Source: Cyanobacteria bacterium VAR_87_metabat_62
GTDB lineage: Bacteria; Cyanobacteriota; Cyanobacteriia; Cyanobacteriales; Microcoleaceae
Direction: 5' to 3'
Assembly (NCBI GenBank): GCA_031427135.1
Contig: JANPMV010000001.1
Coordinates: forward strand, 4 to 64,003
Length of the DNA: 64,000 nt
Shown in pieces: positions 33,031 through 43,451 of this stretch (position 1 is its first letter; every line of letters begins with the position of its first letter). The notes below the pieces were generated by a model. It had not been told where the DNA came from and made no database searches. It saw nothing but the letters and a program-made list of their open reading frames with translations. Position numbers and translations under genes: made by a program.

Positions 33031-33288
33031 TTAGTTTGGGGTAGTTAAACGTAACTAAGTCAGGTTTTGCAAAACCCTAATAAACCTTATTAGATAAGAA
33101 TTATAGGCTAATTTGAATTTTGAAATATAACTCAGTATTCAACCCAAACCTACTTAGAATAGTCTATTAGGTGGCTACCAGCCGTAGAACAAACCTAGTG
33201 CAGCGGACGGTATCGAGATCTTGGTTGTGATGCCAAGGTCATCTGCCGCCGCTGACTAGGAACGTTATCTCGCAAACGCTGTCTGATT

Positions 33289-33320
33289 TTGGAGATAATT
33301 CGGAAGCTCGATCGAGAGTT
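33289..33320 (+). repeat. direct repeat R1, copy a
   Basis: TTGGAGATAATTCGGAAGCTCGATCGAGAGTT, matched at 35245-35276. Confidence 0.75.
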
Positions 33321-33357
33321 TGACCTACGGAAAATTGGTAGAATAAATAGAGACGCT

Positions 33358-33425
33358 CGATCGCACAAGGTCGAAGAACGATCGCCTGATTCGGAGATTT
33401 TGTCAGGAGTTGGGGATTGAGGTGC
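33358..33425 (+). repeat. direct repeat R2, copy a
   Basis: GATCGCACAAGG..GAACGATCGCCTGATTCGGAGATTTTGTCAGGAGTTGGGGATTGAGGTGC, about 90% identical to 34189-34256. Confidence 0.8.
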
Positions 33426-33485
33426 TTTTATAATCTAGGCAATAAAAATACTATTTTGCTAAATTGTTAACAACACTCAAAAAAA

Positions 33486-33782
33486 GTGAACACCATGCTT
33501 AACCTCTCCCATAGCCGTCCCCTGAACCAATTTCAACAGGAAGCTCCTGAGTTGCTTCATCAGTTTGAAACAGATAAAACACCAATCGTAATCACCATTA
33601 ATGGTAAAGCGGTTGCTGTGCTTCAGGATGCGGAAAGTTATGAAAAACTACTTAATCGGTTAGAACTTCTTGAAACTCTTGCAGGTATTCGTCAAAGCTT
33701 AGGGGAATTCGATCGAGGCAAAGGGGTTTCTATTCATCAAGCTTTTGAAGAGCTTCAAAAAAAATATGACCTACCGAGTTGA
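33486..33782 (+). CDS. Phd/YefM-family antitoxin
   Basis: 98 aa. PIVITINGKAVAVLQDAESYEKLL pattern. Overlaps the downstream toxin ORF. Confidence 0.8.
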   Translation: MNTMLNLSHSRPLNQFQQEAPELLHQFETDKTPIVITINGKAVAVLQDAESYEKLLNRLELLETLAGIRQSLGEFDRGKGVSIHQAFEELQKKYDLPS

Positions 33783-34103
33783 GATATCTCCTACTGCTAT
33801 TCATGACATAGAAAATATATTTTTGTGGCTCAAGCTCAATGCTCCTGAAAAATCCTATCGTTGGGGTAGGGGCTGTTATGAAATAATGCTCAAACTGGAA
33901 AGCTTTCCTAGTCGTTGTCCCTTGGCATTAGAAAGTGAGTATTTGGAGCTGGAAATACGTCAACTTTTATATGAGAAGAAATATCGTATTTTAGTATCGT
34001 AGAAGATGAAAATACTAGAATGGTTAAAATTCACCGCGTTCGCCACAGTTCTCAACAAAGTTTTGATTCTTTAAAACAGCTTTTGGATAATGATGAAGAG
34101 TAA
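33766..34103 (+). pseudogene. ParE/RelE-family toxin gene interrupted by a frameshift near 33996-34002
   Basis: MTYRVEISPTAIHDIENIF...YRILVS* continues in another frame as VEDENTRMVKIHRVRHSSQ... Confidence 0.65.
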
Positions 34104-34188
34104 AAATGTTCTTGTGTTGTGATTTCTGAGTTTAAGGGCGATCGGACATCGAAGACTTTGGCCGATCGCCTTAGAGTTACAATCTATG

Positions 34189-34256
34189 GATCGCACAATG
34201 CAGGAGAACGATCGCCTGATTCGGCGATTTTGTCAGGAGTTGGAGATTGAGGTGCC
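34189..34256 (+). repeat. direct repeat R2, copy b
   Basis: See 33358-33425. Confidence 0.8.
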
Positions 34257-34286
34257 GTTTTAGGGAATGGAGGAGTATTTTCAAAG

Positions 34287-35228
34287 ATGGAGACTCAACT
34301 ATACGATAAATTCATTCAAAAGGTAATTATTTTAGGTAAACAAAAGGAATTTTCATTAACCTCTTCGATCGACAACTATTTAATGATGAATTATCGGCTT
34401 AAATTAGAACGAATCGATAAACTAAAAGCTTGGCTAGATGGGTTTAGACCGTTCGATTCCACCCTCATCGCGGAACTCAAAAAGCTCTATGATGTTCGCT
34501 TTACTTATAACTCAAATGCCATTGAGGGTAATACTTTAACCCAAAGTGAAACGGAATTAGTTTTAACGAAGGGCATTACTGTGGGGGGCAAAACCCTTGA
34601 CGAACATTTAGAAGTTATTGGACATAAGGAGGCGATCGATTATATTGAAAATTTAGCCCAAAGGGATACGGAGATTAATGAATGGGAAATTAAGCAAATT
34701 CACAATCTGATTCTCCGCAAAATTAACCCTGACGAAGCGGGTGGTTATCGCACTCTGGATGTGATGGCGGCAGGAACGAACTATCGTTATCCTCCCCATT
34801 ATTTACTGTCTCAATTAATGGGGGATTTTGCGATCTGGCTCAACTCGGAATCTGCTTTAAGGCTCCATCCAGTCGAATATGCAACGATCGCTCATTATCG
34901 TTTTGTTTCTATCCATCCTTTTCGCGATGGTAATGGTCGAAGCGCTAGATTATTAATGAATTTACTCTTGATCCGTGCCGGCTATCCGATCGTGGTGATT
35001 GACAACCAAATTCGCAATGATTATATTAATGCTTTAGCCTACGGGCAACAAAATCAAGACGATTTAAGCCAGTTGTTTGGATTGATTTTTGATGCTACGA
35101 TTAGTTCGCTTGTGGAAGTTTTAAGATTATTGGTGACTGCAAGTAGCAGCAGGGGAAAGGAACAGGCTTTTTATCAGGAGATTACTGATTTTCTCGATCG
35201 CAGCGGTGGTTTAGGTAATGGGGAATAG
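34287..35228 (+). CDS. Fic-family protein (AMPylase/phosphotransferase fold)
   Basis: Canonical Fic motif HPFRDGNGRSARLLMN. Confidence 0.9.
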   Translation: METQLYDKFIQKVIILGKQKEFSLTSSIDNYLMMNYRLKLERIDKLKAWLDGFRPFDSTLIAELKKLYDVRFTYNSNAIEGNTLTQSETELVLTKGITVGGKTLDEHLEVIGHKEAIDYIENLAQRDTEINEWEIKQIHNLILRKINPDEAGGYRTLDVMAAGTNYRYPPHYLLSQLMGDFAIWLNSESALRLHPVEYATIAHYRFVSIHPFRDGNGRSARLLMNLLLIRAGYPIVVIDNQIRNDYINALAYGQQNQDDLSQLFGLIFDATISSLVEVLRLLVTASSSRGKEQAFYQEITDFLDRSGGLGNGE

Positions 35229-35244
35229 GTAATTTTGCCTCACC

Positions 35245-35276
35245 TTGGAGATGGTTCGGAAGCTCGATCGAGAATT
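35245..35276 (+). repeat. direct repeat R1, copy b
   Basis: TTGGAGATGGTTCGGAAGCTCGATCGAGAATT. Confidence 0.75.
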
Positions 35277-35392
35277 AAGGATTCCGTAGGAGATTCCGAT
35301 CGAGCTTTATCCTGCCCAAAAACAAAGAAAAAGCCGCCCTAAAAGGACGGGACTTTAGCTCTCCGCTACGCTCCGCTCATTACCAACAACTA

Positions 35393-36310
35393 TCAAGGCA
35401 ACTCAACCGAACTCGGTTTAGCAATATGAGGTAATCCCCAACCCAATTTTTCCCGCAAAATGTGGAAAAATTCAAAAGGCTGCACCCTCACGAAGCGGGC
35501 GCGGTAGGGAGCTCGCTCAATTTGCACCCAATCCTCCGGCAGAACATAACATCCGCCGTTCCCGTCTACCACCATTACCAGGCGGTTCGGACTCGCAGGC
35601 AAAATCTTCACCGGCTCGGTGTTGCTAAACACCAAGGCGCGCGAAGCCATAGAATGAGGGCAAAGAGGGACTAACTGCAACACTGGCACTCCCGGAATAA
35701 TTACAGGGCCGCCGGCTGACAGCGCGTAGGCTGTCGATCCCGTCGGAGTCGAGATAATTACCCCATCTGCGGCAATGTCAACAGAGGCGTGTTGCCCGAT
35801 CGCCACTTCAAAATGACACATACAAGTCAACGGTTCCCGATGCAGCACCATTTCATTGAGACAAAGCGCTTCCCAGAGACAGTCGTTTTCTCGAAACAGC
35901 CGCACGGCCAGCATCGATCTTTCTTCTATTTCGTATTCTCCGGCGATCGCCTTTTCCAAAGCTTGCGGCAGCAAGTTCAGGTAAGTTTCTGTTAAAAAGC
36001 CCATGTGACCGGTATTGACAGTCAGCAGTGGCACTCCGATGGGAGCAACTTGGCGAAATGCCGACAGCACGGTACCGTCGCCGCCCAAAACCACTGCAAA
36101 CTCCATGTCGCTGTCAAAACCGGGGGGGACGAGTTGGTCGATCGGAGTATGGCACATTGGGCGATCGGGGCTAGAATAGCCCAGAATTCCTCCAGAACCA
36201 GAAACCGAGCAGACATCCCAGCCGCGGGCAATCAGCTTGTCTTGTAACTCTGTGGCGATGCGACAAGCCACAGGTTTAACATCGTTGTATATAATTCCAG
36301 CTTTCGGCAC
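35393..36310 (-). CDS. nadK: NAD kinase
   Basis: 305 aa. [10 protein letters not shown] motif and the NadK C-terminal beta-sandwich pattern. Confidence 0.92.
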   Translation of the reverse strand: MPKAGIIYNDVKPVACRIATELQDKLIARGWDVCSVSGSGGILGYSSPDRPMCHTPIDQLVPPGFDSDMEFAVVLGGDGTVLSAFRQVAPIGVPLLTVNTGHMGFLTETYLNLLPQALEKAIAGEYEIEERSMLAVRLFRENDCLWEALCLNEMVLHREPLTCMCHFEVAIGQHASVDIAADGVIISTPTGSTAYALSAGGPVIIPGVPVLQLVPLCPHSMASRALVFSNTEPVKILPASPNRLVMVVDGNGGCYVLPEDWVQIERAPYRARFVRVQPFEFFHILREKLGWGLPHIAKPSSVELP

Positions 36311-36311
36311 T

Positions 36312-37289
36312 TTAAAAAGTAAAGGGCATCTTTTGTTTACTCCGTTTTTTAGTCTTAAGCTGCTCGTACTCTATTTCCTTGAGCTTCTTCATAATCAGAT
36401 TAAAGTATTCTTCGAGATAAGACTCCAAAGTAGTAGTTTCTTTGGGGTCTAATCCGAAAACGCTGTAAACTTCATCCATCGGAGCTTTCAAGGGTTTTCC
36501 GGCTGCCAAAACTTCTGAAAAAGCCAATCTGTCAGCTACGTTCCAACTCCACTGAAAGAACTTAGCAAATTGACGAGTAGCCTGCAACAAGGCATCTGGG
36601 GTGCGGGTAATTTTGGCTGTCTTCCCTGACAGCCGTTCGCACAACCGCACGATTTCTTCAGCATCCCAAGCGCGATTTCCCACCACCGGAAAGGTTTTTT
36701 TGACGGTTTCGGGAACGGAAAGGGCCCGGACTGCAAATTTAGCAACGTCCTGAGTGTTCATGTAGGCAAGGGCTGACGGCTTGTTGGGCAACCAGACTCC
36801 TTGACTGTCCAAAATCGGCATTGCATACAGGCTCAGTAGTCCTTGCAAAAAGCCGCAAGGTCTCAAAATTGTGTAATCTAGACCGGATTCTGCTAAGAAC
36901 AGCTCGGTACAGCGCTTGATTTCCAACAAGGGGACTTGGGGATATTTCTCGGCGTCGAGAAAGGAAATGAATACGTAACGCTTGATGCCGGCTGCTACTG
37001 CTGCTTGGATCAGCGATACTTTTCCATCCCAATCTGCTCTTTTAATGCTCACAGAATCGGCTGCACTGGCTGTTGCTGCATCAATGATAGCAGTGACGCC
37101 TTCGAGTGCCGGAATCAAGCTGTCTGGCTGACAAAGGTTCCCGGGTACAAGTTCAGCGCCCCATTCTTTCAAAAATGCCGCTTTTCTGTAATTTCTGACT
37201 AAACAGCGCACCTGGTAGCCCTCGTCTAGGGCGCGGCGGGCTATTTGGCGGCCGAGAGTGCCGGTGGCACCTACAATCAGTAAAGTCAT
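36312..37289 (-). CDS. ycf39: Ycf39-like NmrA/SDR-family protein
   Basis: [21 protein letters not shown]...[14 protein letters not shown] is colinear with cyanobacterial Ycf39. Confidence 0.8.
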   Translation of the reverse strand: MTLLIVGATGTLGRQIARRALDEGYQVRCLVRNYRKAAFLKEWGAELVPGNLCQPDSLIPALEGVTAIIDAATASAADSVSIKRADWDGKVSLIQAAVAAGIKRYVFISFLDAEKYPQVPLLEIKRCTELFLAESGLDYTILRPCGFLQGLLSLYAMPILDSQGVWLPNKPSALAYMNTQDVAKFAVRALSVPETVKKTFPVVGNRAWDAEEIVRLCERLSGKTAKITRTPDALLQATRQFAKFFQWSWNVADRLAFSEVLAAGKPLKAPMDEVYSVFGLDPKETTTLESYLEEYFNLIMKKLKEIEYEQLKTKKRSKQKMPFTF

Positions 37290-37487
37290 CTAGGGATTAA
37301 TTTATGAATCTTAAACTTTCTATAAGATGGTATCAGGTTTTTGTTAAGTTTTTTATGAAAACTTAACAAAAACCTGATTTTTTCTCATTTTGGGCTTGAG
37401 AGCTTCGGTAGAAGGCTGGCGATCGGCTTTCGGCAGAAGCTAGAAGGCAGAAGCTTTCTTGACTTCTGAATGATTGGTAGAAAAAAC

Positions 37488-37598
37488 TTATTCTTCGCCG
37501 CCGCCGCCTTGCAGTTTGAGCAGGAGGAAGCCTCCGCCTATACCCACGAAAATTAGGGAAAAGGACAAAAAGGCTGCATTGAAAATTTCAGGATTCAT
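37488..37598 (-). CDS. petM: cytochrome b6f subunit PetM (36 aa, below the ORF-track cutoff)
   Basis: MNPEIFNAAFLSFSLIFVGIGGGFLLLKLQGGGGEE: single TM plus the KLQG..EE tail typical of PetM. Confidence 0.75.
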   Translation of the reverse strand: MNPEIFNAAFLSFSLIFVGIGGGFLLLKLQGGGGEE

Positions 37599-37719
37599 AA
37601 TTTTGATATGTCCAATTGGGCGATCGCATTAAATAAAGATAATATAATTTGGGGCAACTAGCTAGCTAAATGCTAAAATTGAGCGTGCTAAAATTGCTGT
37701 ATTTTGTTGGAGAACTGCT

Positions 37720-38757
37720 TTGAGTCTCGATCGGGAATCAAAACTAGCTGTCACTCTCGGAGATCCGGCGGGAATTGGCCCGGAAGTGATTCTCAAGGCA
37801 TTGGCAGATCCCGCTGCTGCTTTGATGGTGACGGTTTTCGGCTGTAAGAGAATTTTGCAGCAAACTTACGATCAGTTGCGATCGAGCCATCCAGCAGCAG
37901 ATCCCGAAACATTAAACATTATTGATATCGAACCAGACACCAAATGGGGTTCCATTGTCCCCGGTGTCGGGAGTGCCGCTAGCGGGGCGGCTAGCTTTGC
38001 GTATATGGAAAGTGCGATCGCCCGTACCCTCGCCGGCGAATTCTCGGCGATTGTCACCGGCCCAATTTCCAAGACTTGTTGGCAGGCGGCCGGTTACAAT
38101 TATCCCGGACAAACAGAACTTCTGGCAGAAAGAGCGAAATCTGAGCGTTTCGGAATGCTGTTTGTCGCCACATCTCCCCACAGCGGCTGGACGCTGGTAA
38201 CTTTACTCGCTACCACACATATTTCCCTGCGTCAAGTACCAGATGCTTTGAGTCCAGAATTGCTGAGCGAAAAACTAGAATTGCTGGTAGAGTGTTTGCG
38301 GGAAGATTTTGGGCTGGAAAGACCGAAAATTGCGATTTCTGGCTTAAATCCTCACAGTGGCGAAAATGGCCAACTGGGAAATGAAGAGCAAGATTGGATG
38401 ATACCTTGGTTGGAAACGCAGCGCGATCGCTTCCCTCAAGTGCAGTTAGATGGCCCAGTGCCCCCGGATAGCCTCTGGGTAAAACCGGCTAAAGTTTGGT
38501 ACGGTTTAGCCAAAGAAGCTCACGACGGTTACTTGGCAATGTACCACGACCAAGGGTTAATTCCAGTAAAAATGATGGCTTTCGACAGAGCCGTCAACAC
38601 TACAATTGGTTTACCCTTTGTCCGTACATCTCCCGATCACGGCACTGCTTTTGATATTGTAGGTCAAGGGATTGCGGATGCTTCCAGCATGAAAGCAGCA
38701 TTGGAGTTGGCGGCCCAGTTGGCTAGTCGCAGAGCAGCAGTTAGAATAAGGCCATAG
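37720..38757 (+). CDS. pdxA: 4-hydroxythreonine-4-phosphate dehydrogenase
   Basis: 345 aa. [15 protein letters not shown] start, NPHSGENG, and [11 protein letters not shown] near the C-terminus. Confidence 0.93.
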   Translation: MSLDRESKLAVTLGDPAGIGPEVILKALADPAAALMVTVFGCKRILQQTYDQLRSSHPAADPETLNIIDIEPDTKWGSIVPGVGSAASGAASFAYMESAIARTLAGEFSAIVTGPISKTCWQAAGYNYPGQTELLAERAKSERFGMLFVATSPHSGWTLVTLLATTHISLRQVPDALSPELLSEKLELLVECLREDFGLERPKIAISGLNPHSGENGQLGNEEQDWMIPWLETQRDRFPQVQLDGPVPPDSLWVKPAKVWYGLAKEAHDGYLAMYHDQGLIPVKMMAFDRAVNTTIGLPFVRTSPDHGTAFDIVGQGIADASSMKAALELAAQLASRRAAVRIRP

Positions 38758-38875
38758 CTTTAGTACGCCTGATGCGAATAATTCTGTCATTTCTATTGAT
38801 TTTCTTTCTTGGTGAGGCGGCAAGCAAGCTGGTAATTTTTTTCGATCGGTCAAAATCAGATTTGGGTAGCACAGT

Positions 38876-41800
38876 ATGGCAGCATCTAATGATAATTCAG
38901 GCAAAATACATCAGTCAGAAACACAAGTTTCTGATGCAACTCTCTTGAGTCCTAAAGCTGGAGATCAACTTCAGGAATTGCTAACCATATTGACTGAATT
39001 GCAGCTATTGAAGAAATCCAAAAAAGGACCAACCGCACCAAAGTTACCATCCTTTGAAAAGCCGATCGAGCGACTTGAGGACGCGGAAAATCAGCGCAAC
39101 AAATTGTCTTTTCCGATCGAATCGCCAGCTATTGTACCCGAAATATTGACAAACAACGAAGAGATACCATCTCAGAGACAAAAAAATAATAATCAGGAAC
39201 CCGATTTATCTAGAACCGCGAAGGTAGCAAAAAAATACCGACCGTCGGAGGAAGAATTAGAACAAGCTGTGGAGCAGTTTAAGCAGTTGCAACAACTACT
39301 CTTTGAACGGGATTTACCAGAATTTTACAGTAATATTTCGAGTGTGGAACAAAGGTTAGAAACTTTTGAAAATTTAATGGCAGAACCGAAAGAATTGATG
39401 AGTTTACTGAAGCCATTAATTCCTGAGTTAGTGAGAGAAGAATTAGAAGCGTTGAAGTCTGAATTAAAAAAGGCGATCGAGCTGGCTAGCAAAGATCAAA
39501 TTAATCGCCTCGAATTGTCGGTAAAATTAGCGGATTTAGAAAAGCAAATTGCTAAATTTAACCAGCAGCAACTACCGAATCCAGAACAGTTAATGCAGCG
39601 CCTGATGCCGGTAGTGGGCGAACTGCTAAACCGCAAGGTTGACGAGTCTAAGTTAGAGATAGCTTCGGCGATCGCACCCACAGTCAATCAAGTAGTTCAG
39701 AATCAAAACGGACTGGAAGAACAAGTAGTAAAAATTCAAGATAGACTTACGAATATTCAGCAGCGTTACCAGCAGGAACCTGAAGATTTAATCAAGCAGC
39801 TAGTGCCGATAGTTAGCGAGTTGCTGAACCGCAAAATTAGTGAATTAAAGTTAGAGGTGATAGCAACTGTCACGCAGTCAGTACAGGTAAGAATAGCTTG
39901 GGTAGAAATAGAAGAAAAAGTATTGAGCATCATCGAGCGCCGGCTGGCTACCCAACAGTCGCAAATTCATCATCCAGAAGAGATAATGGCGATGCTAATG
40001 CCAGCAATAACTGATTTGCTGAACCGAAAAATCGATCAATCAAAATTGGAGGTAGCAGCGGCGATCGAACCTTTGATCCAATCAGCAATTCTGCAAAGAG
40101 AAGTTCAAGGAAAATTGAGCGACGTAGAAAGTAGATTAAATAATCTTCAGCGACAGCAAAAATCTCAGCCGGAAGAAATAATGGCAAGGTTGATGCCATT
40201 AATGATTGAGTCGCTGAACCGGAAAATCGACGAGACAAAATTTGAGGTGACAGAGGCGATCGCGCCGGCTGTCAACACCGCGATTCAAAACAGCGGTATT
40301 GCAGCACAAATATTAAATAATCAAAATAAGATTGTCGAAGTTGAGCAGCAAGTTTTAGCCGAGATCCAAGGGTTGATGTCAAGAATTATGCCCGCGATTG
40401 TAGAGATGATGTCGCGGAGACTCCAAGAAGCAAAGCTAGAAATAGAATCGGCGATCGCCCCCGCTGTCGATGCAATTATTCAAAATAAAAGGATTGAAGA
40501 AAGACTCGGGAGTATCGAACAAAAGATTGTGGCGATCGAACACCGGATTTATGAATCGACAGACTTGTTTACAGATTTACTGAAACCTTTAATTGACGAG
40601 CTGATGGTTAGCCATCACGCCCAACTAGAAAAATCGGTCATTGAATCTATTTTACCATTGTTAGATGAAGTTGTAGGTTATAATTACAAACTCAACGGTA
40701 AAGTTGAGCAACTAGAACGCAAAATTACTGATGCAGAATGGGGAGGCGATCGGGAAGAATTAGAGGCCAGAATTAAAAGCATCTTTCCCGAAATGATGCT
40801 GCGAACAATTAACGAATCAAAAGTGGCATTTACCGAAACGATAGCTCCGATAATTGATGAAGTAATTAATACCAAAACTCGGGAAAACAGGCAATCGATG
40901 GGAGTAGCCATATCGCCGGCTATTCCTGTGGGAATCAGCCACAGAATCAGTGAATCTCCCGATGAAATTGCAACCGCACTAGCACCGGAAATGGCCTCTG
41001 CTATCAAACAGCAAATTCATCTGAAACCAGAAGCAATGTCCGATGCACTTTATCCGATCATCGGCAGCACGATTTTAAAATACATGGGAGAGATGATCCG
41101 AGAGATTAATGATAAACTCGAATCATCTTTAAGCCCAGAGGGAATTAGTCGCAAATTTAAAGCTAAATTCCAGGGAATGTCCGAAGCAGAATTGCTGATG
41201 CAAGAAACAACACCGCTGACTGTTAAAGCTGTCTTTTTAATTCAAGCAGAATCTGGCTTAGTAATTTCGGCAGTACAGCACTCTGAACGCGAACAGCTAG
41301 AATCAGATATGGTAGCGGGGATGCTGACTGCGATTCGCGCTTTTGTCAATGATTGCATATCTCAGTCGGGAACTATTGCAGAGATTGATGCTATAGAATA
41401 CGGCACATCTACGATCGTATTGGAAGTAGCGGGTTCGTGTTATCTAGCAGTAGTGATGCAAGGAGAAACCCGCCAATGGTTTAAGTACAAAATGCGAGCG
41501 ATATTCAAAAATATTCTTCAAGAATACGGAAATCAAATCCAATCATTTAAGGGCGATCCGACCACTGTGCCTGCAGAAGTCAACTCGAATTTGCAAAAAT
41601 TAATTGATACAGATATAAAAGTTAAATCTCCTAAACTGCCAATTTTGCCAATTATCGGTTTAGCAGCGTTAGGTTTAATTGGCATACCTTGGGGAATTCA
41701 TCAATACCGCAGCTCAATTGCAACAAGCTTAGAAGCAGATACAAATTTAGCTTTGCAATCGACTCCCGAGTTATCGGTTTATCGCCTCGCGGCAGATGTT

Positions 41801-42484
41801 AAAGATAAAGTATTGGAAATTTCGGGACGAGTGCCGAATCAAAAGCTGCGATTGAGAGCGGAAAAAATCGCTCAGCAAGCGGCTCCCAAATTCAGAATTG
41901 ATAATAAGATTATAGCCGTTGAAGTACCAGCAGATCCGGTTTTAGCCGAAGCTGATGTCAAGCGGACAGCGGCTCTGCTGAATAAAGTAGAAAGCATTGA
42001 TATCTCGGCTCGGTATACCGAGGGAAAAGTCGCCGTTGCAGGTAGTGTGAGCAAGGCTACAGATGCTGAGAAAATAACTCAAGCTTTTGAAAAAATTCCG
42101 GGGGTGAAGTCTGTAACAAATACAGTGACAATTGGAACTAAACCGCCGTCAAAAGCAATGGCAGTTCGTCTTTATTTCAGTACAGGTTCGGCAATTTTGC
42201 CGCCGAAAGACGTAGCGCAAAAGCTTGGCAAAGTCAAGGAATATATGGATGAAAATAGCACGAAGAATTTCAGGATAATTGGCTATAGCGATTTTAAGAG
42301 CAGTGCTGCGGAAAATCAAAAGTTGGCACTGGAAAGGGCGATAAATGTGAAAGCTGCTCTGGTGAAACAAGGCATAAATGGCAACAGAATACAAGTTGCT
42401 GCTACTAAGGGTCGTCCTGAAGGTGTGGAGGCAAATCAACCACTGTGGTTGAGCAGATTGGTAATGTTTGAGGTGGTAAATTAA
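38876..42484 (+). CDS. 1202-aa OmpA-family protein with long coiled-coil/repeat region, TM segment, BON-like domains and C-terminal OmpA_C domain
   Basis: At least 8 copies of the L(M/V)P.....LLNRK(I/V)DE.KLE...AIAP module. C-terminal RIIGYSD...ENQKLALERA. Confidence 0.8.
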   Translation: MAASNDNSGKIHQSETQVSDATLLSPKAGDQLQELLTILTELQLLKKSKKGPTAPKLPSFEKPIERLEDAENQRNKLSFPIESPAIVPEILTNNEEIPSQRQKNNNQEPDLSRTAKVAKKYRPSEEELEQAVEQFKQLQQLLFERDLPEFYSNISSVEQRLETFENLMAEPKELMSLLKPLIPELVREELEALKSELKKAIELASKDQINRLELSVKLADLEKQIAKFNQQQLPNPEQLMQRLMPVVGELLNRKVDESKLEIASAIAPTVNQVVQNQNGLEEQVVKIQDRLTNIQQRYQQEPEDLIKQLVPIVSELLNRKISELKLEVIATVTQSVQVRIAWVEIEEKVLSIIERRLATQQSQIHHPEEIMAMLMPAITDLLNRKIDQSKLEVAAAIEPLIQSAILQREVQGKLSDVESRLNNLQRQQKSQPEEIMARLMPLMIESLNRKIDETKFEVTEAIAPAVNTAIQNSGIAAQILNNQNKIVEVEQQVLAEIQGLMSRIMPAIVEMMSRRLQEAKLEIESAIAPAVDAIIQNKRIEERLGSIEQKIVAIEHRIYESTDLFTDLLKPLIDELMVSHHAQLEKSVIESILPLLDEVVGYNYKLNGKVEQLERKITDAEWGGDREELEARIKSIFPEMMLRTINESKVAFTETIAPIIDEVINTKTRENRQSMGVAISPAIPVGISHRISESPDEIATALAPEMASAIKQQIHLKPEAMSDALYPIIGSTILKYMGEMIREINDKLESSLSPEGISRKFKAKFQGMSEAELLMQETTPLTVKAVFLIQAESGLVISAVQHSEREQLESDMVAGMLTAIRAFVNDCISQSGTIAEIDAIEYGTSTIVLEVAGSCYLAVVMQGETRQWFKYKMRAIFKNILQEYGNQIQSFKGDPTTVPAEVNSNLQKLIDTDIKVKSPKLPILPIIGLAALGLIGIPWGIHQYRSSIATSLEADTNLALQSTPELSVYRLAADVKDKVLEISGRVPNQKLRLRAEKIAQQAAPKFRIDNKIIAVEVPADPVLAEADVKRTAALLNKVESIDISARYTEGKVAVAGSVSKATDAEKITQAFEKIPGVKSVTNTVTIGTKPPSKAMAVRLYFSTGSAILPPKDVAQKLGKVKEYMDENSTKNFRIIGYSDFKSSAAENQKLALERAINVKAALVKQGINGNRIQVAATKGRPEGVEANQPLWLSRLVMFEVVN

Positions 42485-42488
42485 AGTT

Positions 42489-42586
42489 GGGAATTGGGAA
42501 TTGGGAATTGGGCATAGGGCATAGGGCATTGCTAACCAATAACAAATAACCAATAACTAATAACTAATAACCAATAACCAATAACT
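42489..42586. repeat. heptanucleotide tandem repeats (GGGAATT x3, GGGCATA x3, CCAATAA-type x about 8)
   Basis: Read directly. Similar tracts at 6269-6296, 10726-10757, 24826-24885, 51206-51275 and 61753-61786. Confidence 0.9.
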
Positions 42587-42587
42587 C

Positions 42588-43391
42588 TTAAATTAATCGA
42601 ACTCGCCCGGAGGTAAAAGCTTGTATTCGATCGCCCTCCAAGCATATTAACAAGCGGCCGCATCCGTCAATCCCGGCGGCTTGTCCGTAGATGGTTTCGG
42701 AGGAAAGTTCGATCGCCACATTACAACCAATCAGCGCATCGCGCCGACGCAATTCCGGCAAAAGCAGCGCTAAACCGGACTTTTCGGCTGGCTTGTCGGT
42801 GGCGGAAAACATATCGGCTAGTTCGAGTAAATAGTGTCGCAGCCGATCGAGCAAACAGAGTTCATCGGGCACATGACTAACAATAGAATGCAAGCTTACC
42901 GCATTGCCGATCGCGGTTGTATCGAGTCCAGCAGCCGCGAAATCTACGCAGCGGTTGAGTCCAATTCCCACAACCGCCCGAGTGCCGAAAGTCTTGCCAG
43001 AAGAGGCTTCACAGAGAATTCCGGCTAATTTTTGGCGATCGATCCAGACATCATTTGGCCATTTCAGGCGTAGCATATCGCGACACTCGGGAACCAAATC
43101 TTCGATCGCGAAAATCACGGCCAAACCGGCTGCTAAACTGAGTCCGGGCAACAAATTGGGATTGAGGTTGTCGAGTACAAAACTCACAGTCAAGACACCA
43201 GTTGGAGCGTGCCAAGTACGCCCGTGTTGACCGCGCCCGCTGGTTTGCCGCTTGGTAAATACTGCATCTCCGTGGTGGAGTTTTGCCGCGTGGGCGAGCG
43301 CCCAACTGTTGGTACTCGCACAAGTATCTAAGGAGTGCATCCAGTGAGGAAGAGGAAGGTTTGGGCGATCGGGTTCTGCGGATGCGGGCAC
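42588..43391 (-). CDS. birA: biotin--[acetyl-CoA-carboxylase] ligase
   Basis: 267 aa. GRGQHGRTW (GRGRxGRxW) motif and KWPNDV. Confidence 0.85.
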   Translation of the reverse strand: MPASAEPDRPNLPLPHWMHSLDTCASTNSWALAHAAKLHHGDAVFTKRQTSGRGQHGRTWHAPTGVLTVSFVLDNLNPNLLPGLSLAAGLAVIFAIEDLVPECRDMLRLKWPNDVWIDRQKLAGILCEASSGKTFGTRAVVGIGLNRCVDFAAAGLDTTAIGNAVSLHSIVSHVPDELCLLDRLRHYLLELADMFSATDKPAEKSGLALLLPELRRRDALIGCNVAIELSSETIYGQAAGIDGCGRLLICLEGDRIQAFTSGRVRLI

Positions 43392-43451
43392 GGGAATTAA
43401 TTAAAAAGGAAGAAGAAAGAATTGAGATATTTTACCATTTTCATACATTCT

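Noticed and set aside
42489-42586. Possible CRISPR array among the short tandem repeats (also 24826-24885, 10726-10757, 51206-51275)
   Set aside because: The units are 7 nt with no spacers. These are cyanobacterial heptanucleotide tandem repeats, and no cas genes are present.
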